This document shows, in pieces, positions 27,451-37,988 of a stretch of 40,525 nucleotides of DNA. Below the pieces are notes generated by a model. The model searched no databases. It saw only the letters and a program-made list of their open reading frames with translations, and was not told the DNA's origin. A program made the position numbers and the translations under genes. The stretch comes from Verrucomicrobiota bacterium (GTDB taxonomy: Bacteria; Verrucomicrobiota; Verrucomicrobiia; Limisphaerales; CANJXF01): NCBI GenBank assembly GCA_038214755.1, contig JBBQRQ010000045.1, positions 1 through 40,525 of the forward strand. The letters run 5' to 3'. How positions within the stretch are numbered: position 1 is the stretch's first letter; each line of letters starts with the position of its first letter.

Positions 27451-30400
27451 TTACCATTTCAGGCGGTAGAAGGTAGCATCTCCGATAATGGGAGAGGTGA
27501 CCTCGAACCTTCCATTGGTAGTAGTCACTGTATTGGTTAGATTGACCCAACTCCCCGAGACGAGGTTTGAGTTAACCTGAAGTTTGGCACTAAGAATACC
27601 ATTTGTCGGCCAGGATAGAACTACATTCATTCCTGTTTGGCGGATAGTTAATGAAGGAGTGGGAAGCAATCCGTAAATGTTTATTCGGTTAGAGAAAGTA
27701 GCGAGGTAAACCTTGCCGTTCGCAATGGCAGGAGGAACAAACTTACCGAAGTTGCCTACGGTATCGCGCGCGCTGAATTGCTCCGAGTTCCAAAGTTCGA
27801 TTCCAACGTTCTGTGCATTGTAAGCGTGGAGAATACCAGGTCGCACCTGCTGATTTGCGTCGCCGAAGTATTGATGCGAGGCCCATAGAATTCCAGTGCC
27901 TGCATTGGTTCCGTTGGCGGAAATTGCCAGCATACCTCCCGGCATACCATTGGGCGCAGGGTTGGGGCTTCGCGCATACTGTGGAAGAAAAAACATTCCC
28001 GCACCGCTGTTAAACTTGAACTGGCGAAGGTAGTCCGCTTCACCCCAAACATAGGTATAGGAGCCATCGGGACCATCCCACCAGACGGGCGCACCGTGAA
28101 TATCATTTGGATTGCTCAGGCCGGTGACTTGAAAGCTCTGGATTACGTTGGTATCCGAACTCGCGCTGCTAAGTCCGCCCATGTTGTCGCGGTTGACCAG
28201 GTAAAGCTTTCCTTCTTTGCCGCCGGAAAGCGCAAGAGTCGTTCCCGGGATCAATAGAATTCCAGCGGAACCCAGATCGATGTCTCCATTCTCAAGTATC
28301 TGCCAATTGAACGGAGTAAACCAACTCATGATGGATAGATTGGTCCCATTGAGCTTTAACAAACTCTCCCCGCGATTAATCGGGTCGGAACGGTTGACCG
28401 TAGTGCCGACAGTGCCATTGCCTATGGTGAGGTAAATATTCCCTGCCTCATCAACCGACGGCGCGGCGCCACTCATCCAGATGCCCCCATTGGAACCATT
28501 GGCCGTTGTCATGTAGGTAGCGGCCTTTTGCAGTGTAGTCGCATCAAAGGCCATGAACCAGCCGTGATACGGTCCCCAATCGCAGTGAGACGCCCAACCG
28601 ATATAAACTCGGCCATTTGCGAGGGTCAAACCAGGGCGTTGATTCTGTCGTTGCGAATCAAAGGTAATAACTCCTCCGACATTCCCGGAGCCTGTGCCGG
28701 GATAGGTTCCGTTAATGACAACCGGACTATTCGCACGTGGTGCGCCAGTGGCGATGTCGAGAGCGTGGAGGCGTTGGACATACGTTGTGCCGGCCTCCTT
28801 CGTTCGCGCGACGAAGTAGATTGTCCGGGCTACCGGATCGATCACCGGCGTTCCTACTATCCCAATGTGTCCGCTGAAGTCCTTGTAGTTACCTCCGCAC
28901 GCGCCTGTCATGTCGGTGTTGCTTGGAGGAACGGCGTTGAGACCAGTCACATTGGTCTGCCAGTAAGGTGAAGTTACCGTTGGATCATCCGCATCGAACG
29001 CGTAAATCGAATTGTTGACAGTACAGACATAGAGGACGTTATGCATCCCTTGTCCAGGCAGGTTCACGTTCGTGACAATGAGCGGTTGCGCGTAGATTTG
29101 ATCGTCCACTGGCCGGGTATAAAGCAAACCAAATTGGTTCGTATTGACGTTGTTCACATTCAAAAGGTATTCGCCAAGATTGGCTCCTGAACCATTGTGG
29201 TCGTTATGCTGGTTCAGCACGGTTGCGGGCGGCGGGAGGGTCGCCAGAGTAGTAAATGATGGGGAATCCGCAGCCCAACCGATACCACCGAGGTTAGTCC
29301 CCTGAACAGTAAAGTAATAGGTGGTGTTGAAAGACAAGCCACTTACCGGGGTCTTGAATAAGCCATTCTGCACACCCAACGCAATGCTATGCGACCAACT
29401 GCTCGCATTCGTTCCACCGTCGGCCAGCCCGTAGAATAGAGTAAGGTTGGGAGAATCTCCCCCCGTTGAGGTTACCTCACCTCCGAGCGTAGCCATGTTC
29501 ACTGTGATGCTCGAAGCGGAAAGGTTGGCTAGTGTGGCTGGCGTCGGCGTAAGGGTGGCAAAGGATAGAGACGGAGAAGCCCAGGTGGTTCCCGCTACAT
29601 TCACGGCCTTCGTAGTGAAATAGTAGCTGGCGTTGATAGCCAGGTTAGAAACTGTTTGTGAAAAGACGCCATTGCGAACACCTAGTGCAATGCTATTCGC
29701 CCAAGCAGCCGCACTCGTCCCGCCGTTAATTGGGCCGTAATAAATTGTCACGGTAGGAACATTGCCTCCGGTTGAAATGACCTGACCACGCAAGGCCACC
29801 GTCGTTGCCTGAACGTTAGTGGCGGACAGGTTGGTCACTACGGCGAGGGTGACGATGTTCGTATCGCCGCTAACAGCATAGATGCCTGTGGATTTGGCCA
29901 GCGGTTTGTCAAAAGTCAGGCTAACCAGCGGACGATTATTCGTTCCGAGAACGGAGGTAAGATCGATAGTGGTCTGGTGAAAACGCGGATTAGTGGGCGC
30001 GCCACTCGTAATGCCAGTGGAGAGATTGATACGATCGACACCTTGCCACGCGATGTTAGTCGGGTCATTGAACCAATTGGGCGCATAGTAGCTGGTGACC
30101 AGCGTGCTATTATCATTGAATCTCAACGTGACGTTTGCTGTCGGGTTTGTGCCGTTGCCCGAATTGGCAATGATGGCTATGCGACTATAAGTAGCGGGTG
30201 ATACGAGATTAAGAGTACCGCTGGTTAGACCGGTGTCCCCACTCAACACCAGAGCATTGCTGGAGGTATAAGGTTGGAATTGAAAAATCGTGCCATCTCC
30301 CAGCGCGCTGGCGAAAGAACGGGATACTGGCAAGCCATAAGAGGTCCCCGGTAATCCGCTTTGATAATAAGCCGTGCCTTCGCCCTGGTTAAAGGTCAAG

Positions 30401-31206
30401 GCATTCGTATAAGGTGGACCAGGCGAGGTGTTCTCTACCATCACATCTCGATTAAAACCAGTCACGGCGATAGGTATCATGCCTAGGTCAGGTTCGCCGC
30501 TGATGGCATAGACCGCTGTTGCTCCCACGCCCGGGACTTTATCGAAGGTAATACTGACGAGCGGAGTATTTGTCGCCCCAAAGAGAGCGCTGAGGTCGAG
30601 CGTTGTTTGATAAAGGCGAGGGTCGTTCGGCCCGCCGGTCGTAACGCCGGTGGTTAGGTTAATGCGGTCGAAACCTTGTAGAGCAAAGCCGGTGTTGAAA
30701 AACCAATCCAGCGCATTGTAATTCGTGATCAACGTCCTGCCATCACTGAACCGCAAGGTCATGGTAGGCGCGCCACCGCCGTTGGCTGAATTTGCGATGA
30801 TGGCAATGCGCTTGTAAACTATCGGAGTTATCAAAGTCAGCGCACCTGAACTAATACCCGTTCCACTGCTTAGCACCAGCGCGTTTGAAGTGGTATAAGG
30901 TTGAAGCTGAAACTGCGTTCCATCGCCGAGCGCGCTGGTGAACCCGCCCGAAATCGGGAAGCCATAGGTTTTGCCGGATAGCCCCGCCTGATAGAACGCG
31001 GTGTTCTCTCCCGGATTAAATTCAAGCGCATTATTGGTGTAAGGCGGACCGGATGAAACGTTCTCAATGACCAGGTCACGGTTAAAACCAGTCACAGCGA
31101 TAGGCAACATGTTCGCACCCTGCACGGTGAACAAGCTCGTCACGGCCAGGCAGGGAATCACTATCCAGAAAAAAGCGGCACGAGAAATCGTTCGTCTCCA
31201 GATCAT
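27451..31206 (-). CDS. Large secreted protein: two ~210-aa repeats, two Fn3-like domains, PQQ-like beta-propeller, C-terminal ...FYRL domain
   Basis: Start ATG 31206 overlaps the upstream stop (ATGA); signal peptide; VDDQIYAQPL, GIVGTPVID, QRPGL, GGIWMSG, DLGSAG, GKEGKLY, PAIANGKVY. Confidence 0.85.
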   Translation of the reverse strand: MIWRRTISRAAFFWIVIPCLAVTSLFTVQGANMLPIAVTGFNRDLVIENVSSGPPYTNNALEFNPGENTAFYQAGLSGKTYGFPISGGFTSALGDGTQFQLQPYTTSNALVLSSGTGISSGALTLITPIVYKRIAIIANSANGGGAPTMTLRFSDGRTLITNYNALDWFFNTGFALQGFDRINLTTGVTTGGPNDPRLYQTTLDLSALFGATNTPLVSITFDKVPGVGATAVYAISGEPDLGMIPIAVTGFNRDVMVENTSPGPPYTNALTFNQGEGTAYYQSGLPGTSYGLPVSRSFASALGDGTIFQFQPYTSSNALVLSGDTGLTSGTLNLVSPATYSRIAIIANSGNGTNPTANVTLRFNDNSTLVTSYYAPNWFNDPTNIAWQGVDRINLSTGITSGAPTNPRFHQTTIDLTSVLGTNNRPLVSLTFDKPLAKSTGIYAVSGDTNIVTLAVVTNLSATNVQATTVALRGQVISTGGNVPTVTIYYGPINGGTSAAAWANSIALGVRNGVFSQTVSNLAINASYYFTTKAVNVAGTTWASPSLSFATLTPTPATLANLSASSITVNMATLGGEVTSTGGDSPNLTLFYGLADGGTNASSWSHSIALGVQNGLFKTPVSGLSFNTTYYFTVQGTNLGGIGWAADSPSFTTLATLPPPATVLNQHNDHNGSGANLGEYLLNVNNVNTNQFGLLYTRPVDDQIYAQPLIVTNVNLPGQGMHNVLYVCTVNNSIYAFDADDPTVTSPYWQTNVTGLNAVPPSNTDMTGACGGNYKDFSGHIGIVGTPVIDPVARTIYFVARTKEAGTTYVQRLHALDIATGAPRANSPVVINGTYPGTGSGNVGGVITFDSQRQNQRPGLTLANGRVYIGWASHCDWGPYHGWFMAFDATTLQKAATYMTTANGSNGGIWMSGAAPSVDEAGNIYLTIGNGTVGTTVNRSDPINRGESLLKLNGTNLSIMSWFTPFNWQILENGDIDLGSAGILLIPGTTLALSGGKEGKLYLVNRDNMGGLSSASSDTNVIQSFQVTGLSNPNDIHGAPVWWDGPDGSYTYVWGEADYLRQFKFNSGAGMFFLPQYARSPNPAPNGMPGGMLAISANGTNAGTGILWASHQYFGDANQQVRPGILHAYNAQNVGIELWNSEQFSARDTVGNFGKFVPPAIANGKVYLATFSNRINIYGLLPTPSLTIRQTGMNVVLSWPTNGILSAKLQVNSNLVSGSWVNLTNTVTTTNGRFEVTSPIIGDATFYRLKW

Positions 31207-31967
31207 TTTGAAACTTCTTTCTCCGGAGTAATAGCTCGTTTTGTGGCAAGTGAATCGATGAACTCGCCCCAAAGTTCATTCACCGTTTTTCCAGTGTAAT
31301 CCTTGAAGAGGTCGATAGCGAATACGCATTCGCGGCACGCTTTGTTTAATTTGTTGACGAGTTGTTTATCATAGGTCTTCTCCACCCATTCCAAAAACAT
31401 CGCGGTGGTTTTATAGGAGTCGCGGTAGCTGGCGCGATCAGGGTTGATGCGAGGTCGGCGCGCCTGCGGCTCGAAATGGGTCAGCCGGATGTAGTCCGCT
31501 ATACCTTCCACCAACCAGCCAGGATTCCTACCCCGGCGATAATCCTGCACCACGTGAGTCAACTCATGGATGACCATCCCGAAGTCGTTTGTATTTTTCT
31601 TCACGAAAGTAGCAGAGATATTGATCACTTCCCGACTGGTCGACGCGACTCCTGGCATGTCTTTATGAAATCTCAATTGAACTTCTTTACTGGGTTCGAA
31701 GCCGTCGCTCGCCAGCAGCATGTTAATTTTCGGATACCATTGGACACATAACTCCCCTGCTCGCTGTCCCCAACCGTTTAACTCGGGAACTTCAGTGGTA
31801 TCTACTTTGATGGTAACAAGCGTTTTCCCTTGCGCATTGGTAGCCGTCCCGCTCCAGATATTTGTGTTGGTTTCGCCGCGCAACTCCAACGTCACGAGAA
31901 AAAACATCAGCCCTATGGAAAGAAGAGACAGTTTCAAATTTTTAGTCGAAGTTAAGTTAGGCTTCAA
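31203..31967 (-). CDS. Basic secretory protein (BSP) family zinc-metallopeptidase-like protein
   Basis: Signal peptide; HELTHVVQ followed by PGWLVEGIADYIR; SYKTTAMFLEW. Confidence 0.88.
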   Translation of the reverse strand: MKPNLTSTKNLKLSLLSIGLMFFLVTLELRGETNTNIWSGTATNAQGKTLVTIKVDTTEVPELNGWGQRAGELCVQWYPKINMLLASDGFEPSKEVQLRFHKDMPGVASTSREVINISATFVKKNTNDFGMVIHELTHVVQDYRRGRNPGWLVEGIADYIRLTHFEPQARRPRINPDRASYRDSYKTTAMFLEWVEKTYDKQLVNKLNKACRECVFAIDLFKDYTGKTVNELWGEFIDSLATKRAITPEKEVSK

Positions 31968-32068
31968 TTTTAATGGTTCAATGTGATTGGTAACTCATTC
32001 AAGACTATTGCAACCGCCACGCCGCTTCCATCAAATTCCAGTTTTTCCTGGCGCCCCATAAGCTAATA

Positions 32069-32092
32069 AGGCCGGGGAAAACTCCCCGGCCT
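32069..32092 (-). terminator. GC-rich hairpin after the giant lectin gene, probable terminator or processing stem
   Basis: 10-bp perfect stem AGGCCGGGGA/TCCCCGGCCT with a 4-nt loop; U-tract weak. Confidence 0.55.
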
Positions 32093-32125
32093 CCGCAGGT
32101 GTGCTGCTAACAGATTAACGCCGGT

Positions 32126-35100
32126 TTACGGGTAAACGGTAAGGCGGTAGAACTTAGTGCCAATAAGCGGCGTGATTGTCACCTGGGCCTCATTGCCAAC
32201 CACCTGGAATGGATCCGTTGAATCCGTCCATACCGGGCTGGTAAGGGTAGGGGTGGATTGCAGACAGGCGCCAGCGCCCGCCGGCCACGAAAGCAACAGG
32301 CTGTCGCCCACCTTTCGAACCTTCAACGTGACGGGTGGCGGCGTCATGGTAAAGTTCGAGATCACCTGCGTGGACACTGTGCCGCCGTCCCCGCCAGTGA
32401 ATCCGACATAGGCAGTGCCGGACCCGACAATCGCCGGGATGTCCACCGTTATGTTGGTAGTAAATGTAGCCGCGGTGACGGTATCCTTGAAGGTTGCCGC
32501 CACCACACCCCCTGCGTAGGTAAGGTTGATTTGAATTGGATTTGCGTTGCCGCCGACAAGGACCGGCGTGATTGGCGAGTAGGGCCCCCCAGTGACACCG
32601 TTCTGGACGAACCGTATGCCCCTCGTGCCCGGGTCGTAGATATTCAGCGCCAAAGCCACGCTGGGCGTGATGCCGCCATAACCCAGGCTGCCGCCACCTG
32701 CGCCGACGGCGGCGGCGCCCCGGGTATCATTCTGGATGCAGAACGTGACGCCGTCAGCGCCGCCTGCGCCACTTACGGTTTGATAAACAAAGGACGCGTT
32801 AAAGGACCCGATACTCTGTTTCGCGGTCAGGAATGCCGAGCGGGCAGTGCCGCCCAAACTCGAGGTCAACTCCAGCCGGTTGTTACCCATTACAGGCGGT
32901 GTCGGCGTGCCTTGCAAGGTATAACCCGTGCCAGCGGCATTGAATGCCGGGGGAGGGGTTGCCGTGATTACGGTGACCGCCTCCACCGTGCTGGGCGTCG
33001 AACCTTGACCATTGCTAACGATTACCCGGTAATTACCGCCGTCAGAACTGGGATTGGCGCAGCCGATGGTCAAGACGTTGGACTGAGAACCGCTGGTGCG
33101 ATAATTGTCGGAAATGTTCGCAGAGTTTTTCTGCCATTGATAAGTGAACGGGGCAGTGCCGCTGGCCACGACCCGGAGTTGAATGAGATGTCCCGTGTAG
33201 AACGTATCGGAGGACGGCAAATCCACGAAGAACGACGGCGGCCCGCTAACCACGGTCAATTGCGCGACGGCACCAGTTGCCGCGCCGTACTGATTGGTCA
33301 CGACGAGCTGATAGAAGTTGTTGTTCTGCGCGGCGGTGGTGGTGAACGTCAGATTGGACGACGTTTGTCCACCAAGCGCAGAGGTCGGCATGGTGCCATC
33401 GGACAGATACCACTGATAGCTCAGGGTGCCCGGTCCGTAAGCCGAGGAATAGAACGTGACGGAGACGTTCTCTGCCGTGGCCACGTTGGTCGGCTGCAGG
33501 GTGATGATCGGTGGACGCTGTGCGGCGAAGAAGTGGTTGAGCGCCTGACTTGCACTCAGGGCCGAATTGTAAATCGCCACGTCGTCAATCAGACCTTGCC
33601 ACTGATTGTCATATTCCGAAGCTCCGCTCGACTTTCGCGCGCCAATCGTCATCGGCAAGGGTTGGGTGAGAATGCCCACGTTGGTGGCGATATCTGCACT
33701 GGCTGCAAGCAAGCCATTAACGTAGAGGTAAAGTTTGCCGTTGGCCTGATCGCAGACGCCCACCAGGTGACGCCATGTTGATAGCGTAGTAACTGGGTCG
33801 TACGGCACGACTGAACTTTGCGCAGCGTAGCCCTGGCCGCCGGCATCGCGAACGAGGAAACGGAACTTCCTAGGACCACCTGCGACGTCCAGCACGAATT
33901 GTTCGGTACCTGTGCCCGTACCCGGATTAAGCCCGCCGTTGTAGCCCTTGGTCACAATGCCGGCATTCACCGTCTGGTCTCCGCCATTCACCCAGGCCTC
34001 AACAGAAAAAGCGGCTCCTATGGTGTTGCTCGCCCGAGCGAAACTCACGTCCTTAATATCGGCAACGTAACTGTTCATGGGAGCAAAATTTCCAAAGTCA
34101 GCGGCCGTATCCGGATCGCGGGCCGGATTGTAACCTGGGATTCCAATAATACTGTTGTTGTAGCTCCCGTTATGGCCGCCGCGATAATCATGAGCGACCA
34201 CGCCATTGTTACCGGCCCCGTTGTCAGGACCTTCATTCAGGCGCCAGTAACCTATGGCATTGTCCGCCAAAATGGTTGCAGGATACGATTGCGTTGGCGC
34301 GGCAATCACCGTGAGCGTCGAGCTGCTGCTGGTGATCCCGCCGAAGGCGTTGCTGGCAGTAGAACGGAACGTCGTCCCTGAATCAGCCAATTGGGCGTTC
34401 GGGAACGTGTAGGTCTTGTTGGTCGCACCCGCAATAAGTGTCGTGTCGTTCTTGTACCATTGGTAGTTCGGCGCCAGAGACCCAAGGCCGGTGGCTTGCA
34501 CAGCAAAGGTGGGTGAAGCGCCCACGTACACCGTTATCGCCGGTTCCGGCTGGCGCACCCAGACTGGCGGTGCTGGCACGAACGTTCCCAACAACTCGAT
34601 TTCAGCGATCTGCATCAGCCCGTCGCCACGAATGTTTATGTTGTTTGTGATGCTGACGCGGTAGGATTTGTAAGCCGAAGCGTTGGCAAAATCCACTTCC
34701 GTGACAAATTGATTGAGCGCGTCCAATGCCGCGGCCCCGGTGCCATTCCGGCCCAAGGGCAACGAGAGCGTGCCTTTCAACAACCCGCCCGTGATTGGGC
34801 TCCAGGTAGTGCCGTCATTGGAACCTTCCAGCCCGTAATCGAACGGGTCGCGGCCGGTCCCATCGTTGGCCGTGAAGAACCGCATCGAGGAGACAATCGA
34901 AGAGCCGGACACGGGCGTCACGACAAATCCAATAGGTCCTGTGAACGGCAGGGGGCCGGGGCAGCAAGTGGGACTCTGGAGACCATCGCTCAACCACTTC
35001 TGGGCCACACGGTCAATGACGTGATCTATACTCTCGGTGGGGGGCGTGACGTCGCTGGCGATAGGAGTAATCACGTCGCCAGCCGGCACGCCCACCAGAA

Positions 35101-37009
35101 TACTCTGATTGGTTGTGAGAATCATCACCGTGGCAACCAAACTGGTGACCGCCCCGTACGGATTCGACGCAACCACCAGGTAGTCGGCCGAATCGGCCAA
35201 CAAAGCATTGCTGATTACAAGAGCGCTCAAGTTGGCGCCGGAGATTCTCCCGCCATCGGTCACGTTGGCGAACGTGTTGTAGTCAATACTGTAGAAGATA
35301 TCGTGCAAGCCCCCGCCTCTGGGCGCCTTCTTCCATTGATAGGAAATCGGGCCCGTGCCGGCGATGTTCGTGACTGACAGCACAACATTGTTCGTGCCTT
35401 CCCAGCGCTTGACTAAATTGACGGCATTGAGCGCCGCATTAGTAGGCTGTCCGGGCGTTGGCGTTCCTCTGGAGCCGAATACTGGCGGCACGTTGCCGAC
35501 GGGCACGCCGCTCACTGCGAAAATAGCAGCGACCCTGGTGGAGATGCCGTTCGTGAAACTGAGGGCGATACTTGTGATGGCGCTGGTATTGGTGACGTTA
35601 ATCACCGCATCGAATAACCTCGGAACGGGAAGGCCAAGACCTCTAAAATCAAATCCTGGCGACGGAGTCGCAAACGGATTGACGAACTGATCGGGGGTGT
35701 TGTTAACCGTGCGATTGTTCGGATTCACGCGCCCGAAACTAAGATAGGACATCGGCAGGACCCGGTTAAACCAATCGGGAACGAAGATCGTATTGGTCTC
35801 GCTCGTGCCGTTCTGAAAGTTAACGACACACGGAATGAAAGTATCACCATTGGCCGTGGCGCAGAGGAATGACAAAGCGCCATACGCGGCGGGACTGGAG
35901 AAAATGATATTGGCGCTGGTAACGTTGGAGGACAGGAGGGTCGCGCAGTTGGTGGTGTAACTCGGCGGCATCGTGTAACTCGCGGGCAGCGTGGCGCTGC
36001 GCACCGTCGCGCCAGGTGCGGGGAGACCGCTGTTCGGAAAAAGCGCGTAGTATCCTTTTTCATACCAGCAATTGTTCGCTTTGCTCAAGCCGCCGTCCAT
36101 CGAGGCGCTGACATTGTTGGTCAAAGTGCTGCCGGCGGCCACGCCGGAGCCGGTGGTGGGCGGCCCGTCAAATTCCACCACCGCGTCATAAGTGAAACCG
36201 GTTACGGCAACAGGGTTGAAGTTGACGCTGTCCGTTGAGCCGGCGATGGCGAAAATGACCGCGCGTCCATTGCTATTCGTGTTGTTGAGATTAGCCCCCG
36301 TGCCCGAACCGTTGTAAAAAAGGTCAACGCTAGTGATGTTGACGGCCGGATTCCCGACTGTCACATCGGCAGCGAAAGCCGCGCCCCTGGCAGCGCCGCC
36401 GATATTATTAACGCCGCCGGCGCTGATACTGACAACGCCAGCCGTATTGAGAACGTTTGGAAGACCAGCGCCAGTGTTGAACCAGTCGAGCGAACTGAAG
36501 CTCCCTGATTCGGTGCTCGCGTCGGCATAGTGAATCGAATAGCCGACCAGCACCGGGCCGTTGCCCGAACACGTGAGGAACGACAGCCCGCTGAAGGCAG
36601 CCGGAGTCGTTAGCGTGAGCGTGCCTGATGACAGCAGCAGAGTCCGGCCACCGTTGTTATGGCCGACCATTATCACGTTATTGACGTGGTAGTCCGGCGG
36701 CATTTGGAAAACGTGATTGAGCCCCGCGTTTGTGACCAGCGATCCGGCAGGCGGCAGGCCGGAGGTGGGCGCGGCGGGGTTGTAACCTTTCTCGTACCAT
36801 GTATTGCCGTTCTTGTTCGTGCCGCCATCCATCGTGACGTTGACGGCGATGTTCACGGGAGGAGGGGCCGCGGCTTCTACCACGACGTCGTGGTTGTAAC
36901 TGGCCGGGTTCAGCGCGATGGGATTAAAATCCGCGAAGGTGATGCTTGCTGTGGTCAGCAAAGCTCCGAGTGTCATCAATGTTGTTGTAATGCGTGGGTA
37001 TGTTTTCAT
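32126..37009 (-). CDS. Giant secreted multidomain glycan-binding protein (N-terminal repeats, Ig-like, F5/8-like, LamG, L-type lectin, C-terminal ...FYRL domain)
   Basis: Signal peptide from ATG 37009; Ig motifs SYQW...D...Y.VV.SN; FTANDG..RDP..Y.LEGSNDG..W; YWRLNE...FSVEAWV...WRHLVGV...GLIDDVAIY; ADGVTF...AYVGFTG. Confidence 0.88.
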   Translation of the reverse strand: MKTYPRITTTLMTLGALLTTASITFADFNPIALNPASYNHDVVVEAAAPPPVNIAVNVTMDGGTNKNGNTWYEKGYNPAAPTSGLPPAGSLVTNAGLNHVFQMPPDYHVNNVIMVGHNNGGRTLLLSSGTLTLTTPAAFSGLSFLTCSGNGPVLVGYSIHYADASTESGSFSSLDWFNTGAGLPNVLNTAGVVSISAGGVNNIGGAARGAAFAADVTVGNPAVNITSVDLFYNGSGTGANLNNTNSNGRAVIFAIAGSTDSVNFNPVAVTGFTYDAVVEFDGPPTTGSGVAAGSTLTNNVSASMDGGLSKANNCWYEKGYYALFPNSGLPAPGATVRSATLPASYTMPPSYTTNCATLLSSNVTSANIIFSSPAAYGALSFLCATANGDTFIPCVVNFQNGTSETNTIFVPDWFNRVLPMSYLSFGRVNPNNRTVNNTPDQFVNPFATPSPGFDFRGLGLPVPRLFDAVINVTNTSAITSIALSFTNGISTRVAAIFAVSGVPVGNVPPVFGSRGTPTPGQPTNAALNAVNLVKRWEGTNNVVLSVTNIAGTGPISYQWKKAPRGGGLHDIFYSIDYNTFANVTDGGRISGANLSALVISNALLADSADYLVVASNPYGAVTSLVATVMILTTNQSILVGVPAGDVITPIASDVTPPTESIDHVIDRVAQKWLSDGLQSPTCCPGPLPFTGPIGFVVTPVSGSSIVSSMRFFTANDGTGRDPFDYGLEGSNDGTTWSPITGGLLKGTLSLPLGRNGTGAAALDALNQFVTEVDFANASAYKSYRVSITNNINIRGDGLMQIAEIELLGTFVPAPPVWVRQPEPAITVYVGASPTFAVQATGLGSLAPNYQWYKNDTTLIAGATNKTYTFPNAQLADSGTTFRSTASNAFGGITSSSSTLTVIAAPTQSYPATILADNAIGYWRLNEGPDNGAGNNGVVAHDYRGGHNGSYNNSIIGIPGYNPARDPDTAADFGNFAPMNSYVADIKDVSFARASNTIGAAFSVEAWVNGGDQTVNAGIVTKGYNGGLNPGTGTGTEQFVLDVAGGPRKFRFLVRDAGGQGYAAQSSVVPYDPVTTLSTWRHLVGVCDQANGKLYLYVNGLLAASADIATNVGILTQPLPMTIGARKSSGASEYDNQWQGLIDDVAIYNSALSASQALNHFFAAQRPPIITLQPTNVATAENVSVTFYSSAYGPGTLSYQWYLSDGTMPTSALGGQTSSNLTFTTTAAQNNNFYQLVVTNQYGAATGAVAQLTVVSGPPSFFVDLPSSDTFYTGHLIQLRVVASGTAPFTYQWQKNSANISDNYRTSGSQSNVLTIGCANPSSDGGNYRVIVSNGQGSTPSTVEAVTVITATPPPAFNAAGTGYTLQGTPTPPVMGNNRLELTSSLGGTARSAFLTAKQSIGSFNASFVYQTVSGAGGADGVTFCIQNDTRGAAAVGAGGGSLGYGGITPSVALALNIYDPGTRGIRFVQNGVTGGPYSPITPVLVGGNANPIQINLTYAGGVVAATFKDTVTAATFTTNITVDIPAIVGSGTAYVGFTGGDGGTVSTQVISNFTMTPPPVTLKVRKVGDSLLLSWPAGAGACLQSTPTLTSPVWTDSTDPFQVVGNEAQVTITPLIGTKFYRLTVYP

Positions 37010-37106
37010 AGGAACTTTTTTGTTTTTTAGGTCGAGAATTCGATGGTGGTTCACATTGCTTCAGTGGGTTGGAAATAATTTTTATATTGAATTACCTTCA
37101 GGCAAG

Positions 37107-37988
37107 TTACCTCCGGACGGTGGTGTTCTCAGCCATCCAATGCACATCCACACCGGAGTCAGGATTGGCCGAAACATTGAGCGACATGGTTCCGGTGTAA
37201 GTCACGGGAGCTTTTATTCTTTTACCAACCCACTTGTGGATTTCGGCGTGGTTATCGGCAAAAGAGAAGCCGCACGCGCCATTATGATAGCTGGCGGGAA
37301 AATCAATGATCTGAGCGGCAAGATACGGCTTATCCTTCAATTCGGCTCCGGTGCAGGCGACTGCGAATGCGCTATCGTTGATGCTATCGGGATGTTCATC
37401 GACAAACACAAAGGTGTTGGCCGGTTTGATGATCGCAGCTCCTTTTTCGTAGTGGCGCCACACGTTTTGCGCTCGGTTATAAGTCTTGTCCAGCCATTCG
37501 CCCCAGCCAAAGACTTGACTCATTGAAATGCTGCGCACGCGCGACCTTCTTGTCGCACCCACCATGACAGTGGCCAAGTCTGCCGGACACTTGAAAATTT
37601 TCTGCTGCTTGCCGGTATAGGGCCACAGAGGACTTTTGGTCATGTCCTGATTGATGTCCCAATTGGAAACGTTCCCGCCGTTAAAGTCTAGCTGACCGCT
37701 AATCCAGTTTGCGCGATCCATATCACCGGGCGCGCCGGTCATATTTTGCGCAGCGATTAACTTATCAGCGCTATCATCCGAGTATAACCTCCAAGCCAGA
37801 GCGAGTTGTTTGCCGTTGCTCATGCACATGATGCCTTGAGCTTTGACCTTGGCTTTGGACAGAGCGGGCAATAGCAACCCGGCGAGAATGGCGATGATCG
37901 CTATGACCACGAGCAACTCGATTAAAGTGAACCCCGCTGAACGATATTTACTCATAGAAAAAATCCTTGGCTGTATTTTCATATTCAT
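37107..37988 (-). CDS. Prepilin-type N-terminal cleavage/methylation protein of the PVC H-X9-DG class
   Basis: [62 protein letters not shown]. Confidence 0.92.
   Translation of the reverse strand: MNMKIQPRIFSMSKYRSAGFTLIELLVVIAIIAILAGLLLPALSKAKVKAQGIMCMSNGKQLALAWRLYSDDSADKLIAAQNMTGAPGDMDRANWISGQLDFNGGNVSNWDINQDMTKSPLWPYTGKQQKIFKCPADLATVMVGATRRSRVRSISMSQVFGWGEWLDKTYNRAQNVWRHYEKGAAIIKPANTFVFVDEHPDSINDSAFAVACTGAELKDKPYLAAQIIDFPASYHNGACGFSFADNHAEIHKWVGKRIKAPVTYTGTMSLNVSANPDSGVDVHWMAENTTVRR

Noticed and set aside
32258..33781. 507-aa plus-strand ORF, and other long antisense ORFs such as 14645..15949 and 5499..6296
   Set aside because: Shadow frames opposite well-supported genes, with no recognisable motifs
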